A stretch of 64,000 nucleotides of DNA from Oceanispirochaeta sp. (lineage in GTDB: Bacteria; Spirochaetota; Spirochaetia; DSM-2461), in the NCBI GenBank assembly GCA_963666275.2, contig CAXXOA010000001.1:2272001-2336000 (forward strand), given 5' to 3'. Of the stretch, positions 29,801 to 39,129 are shown one piece after another (positions within the stretch are counted from its first letter, which is position 1; every line of letters begins with the position of its first letter). The notes beneath the pieces were generated by a model that worked only from the letters and a program-made list of their open reading frames with translations, searched no databases and had not been told where the DNA came from. A program made the position numbers and the translations under genes.

Positions 29801-32800
29801 TTATTTCACAATAGTTAAGGTCCGGGATTCCTCAAACCATTTACAGACGGCTCCCATAGCTTTCGACAGGTTTTCCGCTTGGGCGTATATCCGGCCGTCC
29901 TGTTCCCGCAGGATAGTATCCGGACCTGTTTTTCCGGATTCTCCGGCAGAACAGGAGACGGGATCCCCCCGGCCTGTAACTGTGAGAACCAAGGCGTCCT
30001 GATCCCAAGAGAGAAAATCAGGCATAACTTCCGCAAGAAACTCCACAGGCACCAGCACGCCCGCCTCTGTGACGACAGCCGGGGCAGGCATCTCTTTTGT
30101 GATATAATTGACAACGGCCTTTGATGAACCGGACCTGAAAGCCATTTTCATACCGGAAGGAGGATTCTTCAGGTAGTTATTGAAAAAATCCACTACCCCT
30201 GCCTGAATCTCCGGAGCTTCTCCGTACTCACCCTGGGTATTGCTGAACATAAAAGCCCGTACATCATTCCGGCTCAGAGCGTCAAAGGTCCGGTAGCTCT
30301 GATTGTTGGGAATATCCACCCGGGTCATTCCCAGCCCGTGGAACAGCGCGACGGGAGGATCATCGGGAGAGATATGATACACAGGGCTTGCCAGTTTGGC
30401 CGCGGCAATCGCCTCATCATATTCGGGGTTGGTTCCTTCCAGTCCCGCTTCAATATAGGCTCTCAGGACTCCGATTCCCCTGCCGGGTCCGGCAAAACCG
30501 ATCACTTCGCTGGAGGGAGCATTGGCTCCATCAGATCTGGCCAGTTTTTTCTGTACCATCTCAGGATCATAGGAGTACTCGTCTTCCAGATCTTTTCCCA
30601 TATAGAGCACATCACTCCAGGCAAAACCGGCTACTGCCGCCTGGATTCTGCTGGAATAGTCCAGATTTCCTCCCACAGACCCTTCGGTTTCCTCCTCATC
30701 GCCGCTGACCGCCAGCATAAGGGTCATGTTTCCTCCCAGAGAAACACCATAGGCACCGATACGCTCGGGATCAATGCCGAATCTCTCCGCATTGGCCCGG
30801 AGATACCGGACATTGGCTTTAATATCATTGATCTGGTCGGGAGCCCGGTTGGAGGGATAGTTCCGCAGATCCACTCCGGCAACGACATACCCTTCGTCAA
30901 GAAAGGTCTGAAGCTGCCAGGGCAGTACCGAATAGGAACGGCTGTAACCGTGAATATAGAGAATACAGGGCAGGTTCTTCTCACTGGTATCGGGACGGAA
31001 AACATCCATTTTCAGGTCTTTGGTCCGGGGAACAAACAGCAGGGAGTTATGCACAGAGATCGGTTCGGTAGAAACCAGTTCATGCCTGTACGAGGGAAAA
31101 GGCTGAGTCATTTCAATACCGCCCTGATAGTTCTGCACAATCCCGTCCTTTAAAGGATCCCCTTCGGGTGCAAAGACAAATCCGGCGTTAAAATGCGCTT
31201 TACCTTCAGAAACCTCATATTCAGCATCGCTGCTGTTCCTGTCCCAGCTGTCCCAGACACCCCGGTAGTTGAGGTACATTTTTTCTTCAAACATATAGAG
31301 AGTACCGGGGCCTTCATAATTTGCGGTTTCCACAGTCCCGTTGTAGACATTATCTTCATGTTCGATAAAAGGCAGAGTGATGGAGGAAGCCCTGTCGGCT
31401 CCCTTGTAGAGACCGATGGTGGGCAGATTATTTTCATCATACCCATGCTGATAGGTTCGGGTATCCGCACAGGTAATGGTGACCCGCACCCGGCTTCCCC
31501 GGCTGAGAAGATAGGATGTGGGCTCAAGAGCCAGTTCCAGATGGACAGGCTGATCCATACCTTCTTCCATCATGGCTTCACACTGATCCTGCCTGCTGGG
31601 GTGATAGGTAGCTCCCAGAGCATCCCAACCCTCATTGGCTTCAGAAGTCCGGTGAGACGCTCTGATCTCCCCTTCTGTAATAAACAGGCTTGTACCGTCG
31701 GACTTGACCTCTTCCAGATACACAAGGAAGTCTCCGTCCGGAGCTGTGGTTGTAACCCATAGATCCACTGCCGGAACTCCAGTGATCTCATTCTGATACA
31801 TGAAAAACAGGGGCTGAGAGGTAAATGTCAGAGCCTTGCTGTCCACGTCGACTGCCATATTTCCATCCCAGGTCCGGTTCATCCTGTTGTAGGTAGCTCC
31901 TTTTCCGTCCCGGTTGTCAAACACCGAGATGGAGGGATCCACTCTGTAGGAATCCACGGAAACAGATTCGGGTTTTACAGGACTCAGGGTTCCGTCGTTT
32001 ACAGAAGAAACCGTACCGGACCGGGAAGGATCAAAATACATGACGGTAGGACGCGCTGTATACAGGGGCCAGGATTCGGCATATCGCCACTCCTCCCCTT
32101 TTCTGGCATTCAGGGTGTAGTACTGAATGGGAGGAGCTTTATCTATACCGTTGTTGATTCCCTTCAGATTGAAATCAAACCATCGTGTATACACCTCGCT
32201 CATATCAATATTGGGATTGCTGTATTTTTCTTTGTCCGTATAGGCCCTTATGGCTTCCACATGATTCCAGGGCCCCATCAGCAGTTTTCCGCCCCACTGC
32301 TTCTGGGCAACAAACAGCCCCAGAGCATTGGAATCAAACCAGCCCCCGATCTGATAGAGATTGATCCCGCTGTTAATGAAACCTTCCGAACTGGTCACAG
32401 GCGGTATGGTAAGATTTGTTTTCTCTCCGTTGAAATTCACATTGGGTGTATCCCGATACATATTGGCATACAGCAGATTGGGAATGAAATTTTTATTATG
32501 AGCATACTGGTCCTCCACATAGGCCTGATAGGCCATATCGCCATCAGGGTCCGCGTCAACGGGGTCCACCTTTTCAAGGAATTCCTCTTTGCTCAGCTTC
32601 GGCCCTCCCTGAAAGCCCGAAAGCATCCGGGAAGGAAGAGCGGACACTCCGTTGGGATAGTTCTGATAGTAGAAATCGATATTAGCCACGGCGGGTGTAA
32701 TCGCCTCCAGCCCCTTGGGAGCCAGAGTGGCAGATGCCAGCTGGATAAACCCTCTGTTGGATCCTCCCAGCATTCCCACCTTTCCGCTGCTCCAGGGCTG

Positions 32801-33244
32801 TGCATTGACCCACTGAATGACGGCGACCACGTCCTGTCTGTTCTCCAGGGAGGCAAAGCTGTCGTTCACACCAAAGGAGGCGCCGCAGCCCCGCATCTCT
32901 GTGATAACATAGACATAGCCCCGGGAAATCAGATTTTCCACTATGGTCCTGTCTATAATAGCGCCTTTCTCCCATCTCCCTCCGCGGGAAGCCAGAAACA
33001 GGACCGGCAGCTTCTCTTTGACAGGCTTTCCGGAACTGTCCTGGGGCCGAATAATATCTGTAGCGAGCCTGGTACCGTCAAATCCCGGGATATACAGAGA
33101 TTCCCTGGCATATCCGGTATACTTTTCCTCTGACTGGAAACTCTCCGGTTCATCCGTACGGCTTGCACAGGACAGAAACAGAAGTGACAGCCACAACAGG
33201 GGCAGGACAAATAGAATAAATTTCCTCTTTCTTATGTTAACCAT
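29801..33244 (-). CDS. Lipoprotein: CocE/NonD (S15) hydrolase + second alpha/beta hydrolase + copper-amine-oxidase-N-like stalk domain
   Basis: Lipobox LFLSC; DGTRLATD, EMRGCGAS.G, PWSSGKVGMLGGS, GWFD, GPWNH; later IDPERIGAYGVSLGG; C-terminal VLVPVEFLAE...W.EE.RTLTI. Confidence 0.85.
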   Translation of the reverse strand: MVNIRKRKFILFVLPLLWLSLLFLSCASRTDEPESFQSEEKYTGYARESLYIPGFDGTRLATDIIRPQDSSGKPVKEKLPVLFLASRGGRWEKGAIIDRTIVENLISRGYVYVITEMRGCGASFGVNDSFASLENRQDVVAVIQWVNAQPWSSGKVGMLGGSNRGFIQLASATLAPKGLEAITPAVANIDFYYQNYPNGVSALPSRMLSGFQGGPKLSKEEFLEKVDPVDADPDGDMAYQAYVEDQYAHNKNFIPNLLYANMYRDTPNVNFNGEKTNLTIPPVTSSEGFINSGINLYQIGGWFDSNALGLFVAQKQWGGKLLMGPWNHVEAIRAYTDKEKYSNPNIDMSEVYTRWFDFNLKGINNGIDKAPPIQYYTLNARKGEEWRYAESWPLYTARPTVMYFDPSRSGTVSSVNDGTLSPVKPESVSVDSYRVDPSISVFDNRDGKGATYNRMNRTWDGNMAVDVDSKALTFTSQPLFFMYQNEITGVPAVDLWVTTTAPDGDFLVYLEEVKSDGTSLFITEGEIRASHRTSEANEGWDALGATYHPSRQDQCEAMMEEGMDQPVHLELALEPTSYLLSRGSRVRVTITCADTRTYQHGYDENNLPTIGLYKGADRASSITLPFIEHEDNVYNGTVETANYEGPGTLYMFEEKMYLNYRGVWDSWDRNSSDAEYEVSEGKAHFNAGFVFAPEGDPLKDGIVQNYQGGIEMTQPFPSYRHELVSTEPISVHNSLLFVPRTKDLKMDVFRPDTSEKNLPCILYIHGYSRSYSVLPWQLQTFLDEGYVVAGVDLRNYPSNRAPDQINDIKANVRYLRANAERFGIDPERIGAYGVSLGGNMTLMLAVSGDEEETEGSVGGNLDYSSRIQAAVAGFAWSDVLYMGKDLEDEYSYDPEMVQKKLARSDGANAPSSEVIGFAGPGRGIGVLRAYIEAGLEGTNPEYDEAIAAAKLASPVYHISPDDPPVALFHGLGMTRVDIPNNQSYRTFDALSRNDVRAFMFSNTQGEYGEAPEIQAGVVDFFNNYLKNPPSGMKMAFRSGSSKAVVNYITKEMPAPAVVTEAGVLVPVEFLAEVMPDFLSWDQDALVLTVTGRGDPVSCSAGESGKTGPDTILREQDGRIYAQAENLSKAMGAVCKWFEESRTLTIVK

Positions 33245-33292
33245 TTATAGAGTTCTCCTTTTTTTACAGTAACATGGTTTATTGTGAAATCT

Positions 33293-34648
33293 TTACTCTG
33301 CGAAGGAATCAAAGAATTCGTAGGTTTCCTGAAGTGCCCGGGGCCATTCGGAACCGTGGAGAGCCCCTCCTACAGTGATAAAATCCACTATATTGGCTCC
33401 CTGTCCCAGAGCGGTCTCATAGGCATCAAGCATCAGATCGTAGCCGTTCCTGTCTTCGGTCCCTCCCACATAGAGAGCGGGAGTCGTCACGCTCTGCCAG
33501 TCAAAAAAAGCGGGTTCCACAAAAGCGCCGGAAGGACTGCAGGCGGCAAATCTTTCAGGATAGGCTGCCACCTGATACCAGGTTCCGCAGCCCCCCATGG
33601 AGATTCCCATAAGAAAGACCCTGTCTCCGGAGATATTCCATCGGGATTCCACATAGTCCATGGCCAGCTGCACATTCTCTCCCGAGAGTTCAATATCCCT
33701 CAGCTGCCCTTCAGAGTAGCCGGCAGGATTTTGAGGATCTGTCTCTGCTGTCACCGGAAACATCCCGTAAGGAGGAACTTTCATGCCGAAATTGCCCAGA
33801 AAGTAATAGGATTCGGGCCACATGACGATATAGCCGTAGGATTCGGCATATTCCATCATCAGGGTGCCCTGCGGGCTGTCGGGGATGGATGTGGCATTTC
33901 CTGTGGCTCCATGAAGCTGAACAATCATCTTATTGGGAACAGCCGGATTGTAGGTACCGGGTATATAGACTGTGACGGCTTCAAGGCGTCCCACCGAATC
34001 GTTCCAGTAGGTCCAGTAACTTTTGCCGTAGGGCTTTCCCCGGAAGAACATTTTCAGCTGCCTGGTGTCATCTCTGGTAACGGCAAATTCCGCATTGTTC
34101 CCCAGCCCGAAGTATCCGCCCTGTTCTGTAAGGATTTTTCCAAACCCTTTCACCATGAAATCCAGAAAGGGGACATAGATCTGTTTTCCCTCAGCAAAGG
34201 GAGCTGCTTCGAGCTGAACCTTTCCATTCCATGTGCTCATATCCAGACGATCCAGTTCAATTTGTGCCTCCACAGAGGCATGACTCAGAGTAATACGGGC
34301 ATCGGATATTTCCACGGTAAAATCCGGAGCATAGATCCTTTCCAGATCCTCCAGAGAGATGTAAAGGATATCATCCACTGTCCTGTAGGGGTTTATCAGG
34401 TCGTATCTGAAATAATCCAGAAACAGAGTATTCTGATTTTCCGAGATATAAATTCCGCCGGGTCTCCAGGAATATAAATTCCCGTTGGGGGTTGTGTCAT
34501 ACATCTTTACGACGGATTCCGCCGGTATCTCAGCCGTATTCCCGGACTCACTGGAGTCCGCCCCATTCATAGAGGCACAGCCAGCCCCGGCCAGAACGAG
34601 AGCTGTTACCAATAGGGCTTTGACCCCCTTGTTTTTTTCTTTGGACAT
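33293..34648 (-). CDS. Lipoprotein: stalk domain + PHB-depolymerase/esterase-like alpha/beta hydrolase
   Basis: Lipobox AGAGC; LEAAPF.EG..YVP; LHG, GISMGG, GTED, GALH; RBS AAGGAG. Confidence 0.82.
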   Translation of the reverse strand: MSKEKNKGVKALLVTALVLAGAGCASMNGADSSESGNTAEIPAESVVKMYDTTPNGNLYSWRPGGIYISENQNTLFLDYFRYDLINPYRTVDDILYISLEDLERIYAPDFTVEISDARITLSHASVEAQIELDRLDMSTWNGKVQLEAAPFAEGKQIYVPFLDFMVKGFGKILTEQGGYFGLGNNAEFAVTRDDTRQLKMFFRGKPYGKSYWTYWNDSVGRLEAVTVYIPGTYNPAVPNKMIVQLHGATGNATSIPDSPQGTLMMEYAESYGYIVMWPESYYFLGNFGMKVPPYGMFPVTAETDPQNPAGYSEGQLRDIELSGENVQLAMDYVESRWNISGDRVFLMGISMGGCGTWYQVAAYPERFAACSPSGAFVEPAFFDWQSVTTPALYVGGTEDRNGYDLMLDAYETALGQGANIVDFITVGGALHGSEWPRALQETYEFFDSFAE

Positions 34649-34749
34649 AGTCTTCTCCTTTATAACTCCCTCTTTTCAGGATTCCACGATTCTCCCCCGT
34701 AAGAATCCATCAGTTGTGGGATATCCTTAATTTCTTCCGTTCGAAAAAA

Positions 34750-34780
34750 ATTGTAGGCCTTCCCACCTTGGGAACCTCAA
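34750..34780 (-). promoter_or_regulatory. MerR-type promoter/operator with a 19-bp spacer
   Basis: Minus strand TTGAGG-ttcccaaggtgggaaggcc-TACAAT, with a TTCCCA-N3-TGGGAA dyad in the spacer. Confidence 0.65.
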
Positions 34781-34956
34781 GATTTTATTTCTGTGATTTT
34801 TCCTATGTGTATAAAAATAGAGGAGAAGCTGAAAAGGGGCGTTCCTGTTCCTGCCGGGGAGAGGTACTGCTGAAGAGGTATGATCCATTTATTTCCGGAT
34901 AGGTGTTTTTCAGACTCGAAAAAACAGGGAGAATATCCGGGACAGGAAAAATTATA

Positions 34957-35403
34957 TCAGGGAGTTTCTGATTTTTCTGCGGGCCACTTCCAGGCTGTCC
35001 GGATAATCAGCAGAAGGAAGAGGAGTTCCAGGATTTCATTGATCCGCCAGTAGATCCAGACCTGATCCTCTCCTATAAACTGGGTTCCCCCCAGAACCAG
35101 GATGTGGAATATTCCCATACCAATATTCACAATCCGGTTCACAGAAGCTTTTACAGTCAAAGATATAAAAATCATGAGACTGGGGAGTGCCATAAGAACA
35201 GCAGCAGCTATAAGCATAGGCTGATCAAAGACAACCCCCTCCAGCCCACCTTCGGTCAGTTGGGCAACATGTCCGGGCTGATAGAATGACAGAATATCAT
35301 TATAGATATACAGAAACATCAGAGCCGTCCAGAAAAGGGCCAGTTTGACTTTAACATTGACTTTTTCGTCGGTCAGTAGCCGTTCTCTATGATTTTTCTC
35401 CAT
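34957..35403 (-). CDS. DUF6326-like four-TM membrane protein
   Basis: KL..FW..LMFLYIY.DI..FY.PG, NR..NI, AWKWP. Confidence 0.75.
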   Translation of the reverse strand: MEKNHRERLLTDEKVNVKVKLALFWTALMFLYIYNDILSFYQPGHVAQLTEGGLEGVVFDQPMLIAAAVLMALPSLMIFISLTVKASVNRIVNIGMGIFHILVLGGTQFIGEDQVWIYWRINEILELLFLLLIIRTAWKWPAEKSETP

Positions 35404-35605
35404 TATTATTCTCCTTCCTTTTCCTTGATTCAGATGCTTCTTTCCTTCAGGGCTTATCTGAACTCTCTTATTATTAAACAGGAGATACAGACAAAACTGT
35501 TTCCGGACATCCGAATAATTTTTAAGCAGAATTTTTCAGTAGATTTATAAAATCATAAGATATATTCTTGCGTATTTTTTCAAATCTGCTGAAACTGATA
35601 TCAAT

Positions 35606-36139
35606 ATGAAAAAATACGCGGCCCTTTTTCGGGGAATCAATGTGGGGGGGAAGAATCTCCTCCCTATGAAAGAACTGACGGCTCTGTTGGAACAGCTGGG
35701 ATGTGAAAAAGTTAAAACTTATATTCAGAGCGGGAATGTTGTGTTTCAGACAGAGCAGGTAAATATCCTTGCCCTGAACGGAGAGATCAGACAGAAAATA
35801 CAGGAAACCCGTGGTTTTACACCGGAGATTCTGATTCTGGCGGAGTCGGACCTTGGGGATGCGATACAAAATAATCCCTTTCAGACAGAGGAAGGAAAGG
35901 CCCTGCACTTCTTTTTTACCTCCCGGTCCCCGGATGCCCCTGATTTGGATTCTCTCATATCCCTGAAAAGCCCATCCGAAGAATTTTCCCTGAAAGGGCA
36001 TGTATTGTACCTCCATGCTCCCGATGGGATCGGCCGTTCCCGGCTGGCCGCCCGTGTGGAGAAAGCCCTGGGGGTTCCTGTAACAGCAAGGAACTGGAAT
36101 ACTGTGAAGAAAATAGACGAACTGATTTCCCGATTATAA
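35606..36139 (+). CDS. DUF1697 family protein
   Basis: RGINVGG, TYIQSGNVVF, TARNWNTV.K. Confidence 0.92.
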   Translation: MKKYAALFRGINVGGKNLLPMKELTALLEQLGCEKVKTYIQSGNVVFQTEQVNILALNGEIRQKIQETRGFTPEILILAESDLGDAIQNNPFQTEEGKALHFFFTSRSPDAPDLDSLISLKSPSEEFSLKGHVLYLHAPDGIGRSRLAARVEKALGVPVTARNWNTVKKIDELISRL

Positions 36140-36165
36140 TCCGTTCTTCCCTACTCTGGGGCTCT

Positions 36166-36200
36166 CTTCATATTTGGTTCATACTTTTTATAGATATAAT
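36166..36200 (+). promoter_or_regulatory. OmpR-family-type direct repeat plus -10 box
   Basis: CTTCATATT-TG-GTTCATACT (11-bp period), then TATAAT at 36195-36200. Confidence 0.55.
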
Positions 36201-36264
36201 TTGTACTATATATACCATTTTAAATGATAGACTGGCGGATATTACACCATTTCAGGAGTCTGTC

Positions 36265-37392
36265 ATGAAAATCGGAAAAACAGGAAAAGTCCGCCTTACG
36301 GTTCTCACTCTGCTGCTTATATTTATTACCTGGGAAGCGGCTATGCATCAAATAAAGGGAGGCGGCCCTGACGGCGCCCCCTCCATACATGCCCTCTGTC
36401 CCTACGGGGGACTGGAAAGCCTTTACACAATTTTTACAAGCGGGACATTTATTGATAAAATATATGCTGGTACCCTGGGACTTTTTATAGTTACAGTCGT
36501 CCTGGCACTGCTGTTCAACCGGGGATTCTGCGGCTGGTTATGTCCCTTCGGCGCATTGCAGGAGTGGCTGGGGAAACTGGGAGGAAAAATCCTTCCCAGG
36601 AAAATGATCCTACCCGCTAAACTTGACAGAGTTCTGCGCTATCTGAAATATCCGGTTCTTGCACTGACCCTTATCCTCTCCTGGAGAACAGCCTCCATGT
36701 GGGTCTCCCCTTACGATCCCTGGGCTGCCTATGGTCATCTGGGAGAGGGATTTTCTTCTTTGTGGAAGGAATTTACCATAGGTACGGTCCTTCTGGCTGT
36801 CACTGTGATCGGATCCTTTTTCTATGATCGTTTCTTCTGTAAATATCTCTGCCCCATGGGCGAATTCCTCGGCCTTTTCTCCCGGATCAGTCTCACTGGC
36901 ATCAGAAGAGACAAGGAAAAATGTATAGACTGCAATCTCTGTACATCAGCCTGTCCCATGAATATTGATGTAGCCAGGATTGAAAAAACCGGTCATTCCG
37001 AATGTATAAACTGTCAGGACTGTACCTCTGTCTGCCCCAGTAAGGGAGCCCTGGAAAACAGATTTTTAAACAGATTTCCCATAAAACCTCTTACAACAGG
37101 TCTCCTGATCCTGGCTGTATTTTCCGCCGGGCTGGGAATCCTGCGGATCAGCGGCCGGGACAGTTTTCTCCCGGCACCGATCGATGAAACAACGGTTATT
37201 GTCGAAATTGAAAACCTCAAGGGTTATATGACTATAGCGGAAATTTCCACGGTAACGGGAATCCCCCTGGATGAAGTGTACCGCCGCATGAACATTCCTG
37301 AAAACACCCCTTCCGCCACTCCCATGAAAGAAATGGGCGATTATCTCCCGGGATTCGACTTTCATGAAGCCAGAGAAAAACTTGCTGAATAG
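36265..37392 (+). CDS. Membrane 4Fe-4S protein (NapH/YccM-like)
   Basis: LCPYGG, FCGWLCPFG, FCKYLCPMG, two CxxCxxCxxxCP motifs, several TMs. Confidence 0.88.
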   Translation: MKIGKTGKVRLTVLTLLLIFITWEAAMHQIKGGGPDGAPSIHALCPYGGLESLYTIFTSGTFIDKIYAGTLGLFIVTVVLALLFNRGFCGWLCPFGALQEWLGKLGGKILPRKMILPAKLDRVLRYLKYPVLALTLILSWRTASMWVSPYDPWAAYGHLGEGFSSLWKEFTIGTVLLAVTVIGSFFYDRFFCKYLCPMGEFLGLFSRISLTGIRRDKEKCIDCNLCTSACPMNIDVARIEKTGHSECINCQDCTSVCPSKGALENRFLNRFPIKPLTTGLLILAVFSAGLGILRISGRDSFLPAPIDETTVIVEIENLKGYMTIAEISTVTGIPLDEVYRRMNIPENTPSATPMKEMGDYLPGFDFHEAREKLAE

Positions 37393-37401
37393 TTCAATGT
37401 T

Positions 37402-38586
37402 TCAGGATCCGGACTTTCCTGCCGGATCCTTCAGATAATCGCAGATGATCCGGCCGGCGCTAATCCAGTCCTGTGTGGCCGTATGGGCACCTCCGGATAT
37501 TCTCAGCGACCGGGATGATCTTTCAGCAGGTCGCCCCATCCCTTCCAGAATGGAACTCTTCCCGTCGACACTGCCTGTACAGGCGCAGAAACGGCTGATA
37601 CAGAGATGATTTTGAGCCAGAAAGAGGAAGAGCTCTTCCATATCCATTTCAGGGACCTCCAGGCTGATATTCAATACACCGGGAACCTTGTTTACGGGAC
37701 TTTCCATCCTGAAGGGAAGATTCATTTTCTTCCAGTAGTGGACAGCCTCTTTTTCCTGAACAGCCAGGCGGGACTGTATCTCCTTCCTCCGCTGCTGATA
37801 CTTCCCTATCCCTTTCACAAGGACCATCTGAAGAGCGGGATTGGTACTGTCCGGAAGAGTCTCCTCTATTTCCCGGAAAGCTTCCTTTTTAAGCCCCAGC
37901 AGAGCGATTCCCCGGGGAACATGAAATTTATGACCGCTCAGGAAGAACAGATCACAGAAAGGCAGCCAGAAAGCCTCGTCCATTCGCGTGAATGCCTGAA
38001 CAGCATCGCAGAGGTCCAGTCCCTTCCGGAAGTGTGCATACTGATACAGGGTTTCAGGTTTTTCAAGGCCACCTGTTTCATGATTGACCGCCGAATAGAT
38101 CAGCACAGGACGTTCTGCTTCCGGGCTGGCAGAAAGAGCGGAAAGGTCCATCACTCCTTCCGGATCTACAGGAACGGCCGTATAGGGAAGCTTCAGAGCC
38201 TCCAGAGCCTGGAAGACCGAAGGATGGCAAATCCCGGAAGGATAGTAATGAAAGGCCTGCCTTCTCCTCTCTGATAGACTTTGACAGAAAAACAGCCCTT
38301 TCAGCACCGCCTCTGTCCCGGTTGAGGGAAAATGGGAATAAAAGTCAGCCGAAAAAATATCATCCAGAAGAGTTTGAGCTTTTTCCGATACTTTCAGCGC
38401 TTCACTGCCCGTACCATGAGGACTCATCGGGTGGCCCCATGAACTGAGTGACAGATTCTGGTATTCTCCCAACAGTTCCCGGTCAGGCTCTGTGGTGGCA
38501 TTATAATCCAGATAGATCTGTTTACGGGAATCATAGTTAAACCGGGAGTTTATGAGGTTTTTCTGAACTTTACAGGGACAGGCCAT
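37402..38586 (-). CDS. Class V PLP enzyme, divergent cysteine desulfurase (NifS/IscS-like)
   Basis: YLDYNATT, HPSV, NHETG, DAVQA, SGHKFH, SRFCAC, SLRIS. Confidence 0.78.
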   Translation of the reverse strand: MACPCKVQKNLINSRFNYDSRKQIYLDYNATTEPDRELLGEYQNLSLSSWGHPMSPHGTGSEALKVSEKAQTLLDDIFSADFYSHFPSTGTEAVLKGLFFCQSLSERRRQAFHYYPSGICHPSVFQALEALKLPYTAVPVDPEGVMDLSALSASPEAERPVLIYSAVNHETGGLEKPETLYQYAHFRKGLDLCDAVQAFTRMDEAFWLPFCDLFFLSGHKFHVPRGIALLGLKKEAFREIEETLPDSTNPALQMVLVKGIGKYQQRRKEIQSRLAVQEKEAVHYWKKMNLPFRMESPVNKVPGVLNISLEVPEMDMEELFLFLAQNHLCISRFCACTGSVDGKSSILEGMGRPAERSSRSLRISGGAHTATQDWISAGRIICDYLKDPAGKSGS

Positions 38587-38727
38587 AGGATATACTCCAA
38601 AAATATATGAGAAAACCGGAAGTTCCGTTTCACTCTTATACTACAGGAAATTTTTCTGATTGAAAAATACTTACAGGAAATGAATAAAATGGCAGGATTT
38701 CTCTTGCCAAACCTGATCCTTTTTATT

Positions 38728-38743
38728 ATCGTATATATACGAT
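38728..38743. promoter_or_regulatory. ArsR-type operator 1
   Basis: Perfect palindrome ATCGTATATATACGAT over the putative -10 (TTGCCA-17-TATCGT) and the arsR start. Confidence 0.75.
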
Positions 38744-39071
38744 GAAGGATTTATATACGATTCTCCCCTACGGAGAAAAATGCTGCGAAATGAATCTCAG
38801 CGAAAAAGAGGAAGAGTTCTTTATAGAGATGTCCAGTGCCATAGGCAATCCTATCCGATTCAGGATTGTAAAGTATCTGAAGACCCATGCGGGCTGCATC
38901 ACAGGAGATCTTGTCAATGTCCTCCCCATTGCTCAGGCAACCACTTCGCAGCACCTGAAGGTTCTGAAAAAAGCCGGATGGATTGAAGGTACCATAGACG
39001 GTCCGGCTACCCGTTACTGTCTCCATCAGGAAAATGTGGAACGGTTCAGAGATATTGTAAGGCGTCTTTAA
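38742..39071 (+). CDS. arsR: ArsR/SmtB-family repressor
   Basis: AIGNPIRF.I, LPIAQATTSQHLKVLK.AG.I, YCL; Cys14/Cys15/Cys52. Confidence 0.9.
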   Translation: MKDLYTILPYGEKCCEMNLSEKEEEFFIEMSSAIGNPIRFRIVKYLKTHAGCITGDLVNVLPIAQATTSQHLKVLKKAGWIEGTIDGPATRYCLHQENVERFRDIVRRL

Positions 39072-39099
39072 GTATCGTCGTTTTTTTTAAAATTCATTT

Positions 39100-39115
39100 A
39101 TCGCATTTTTACGAT
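39100..39115. promoter_or_regulatory. ArsR-type operator 2
   Basis: ATCGCATTTTTACGAT, 13/16 identical to operator 1, just before the permease RBS. Confidence 0.7.
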
Positions 39116-39129
39116 ATAAGGAGTAGGCA

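Noticed and set aside
33284..34477. 397-aa plus-strand ORF (likewise 2424-3452 minus and 61329-62576 plus)
   Set aside because: Antisense to well-supported genes
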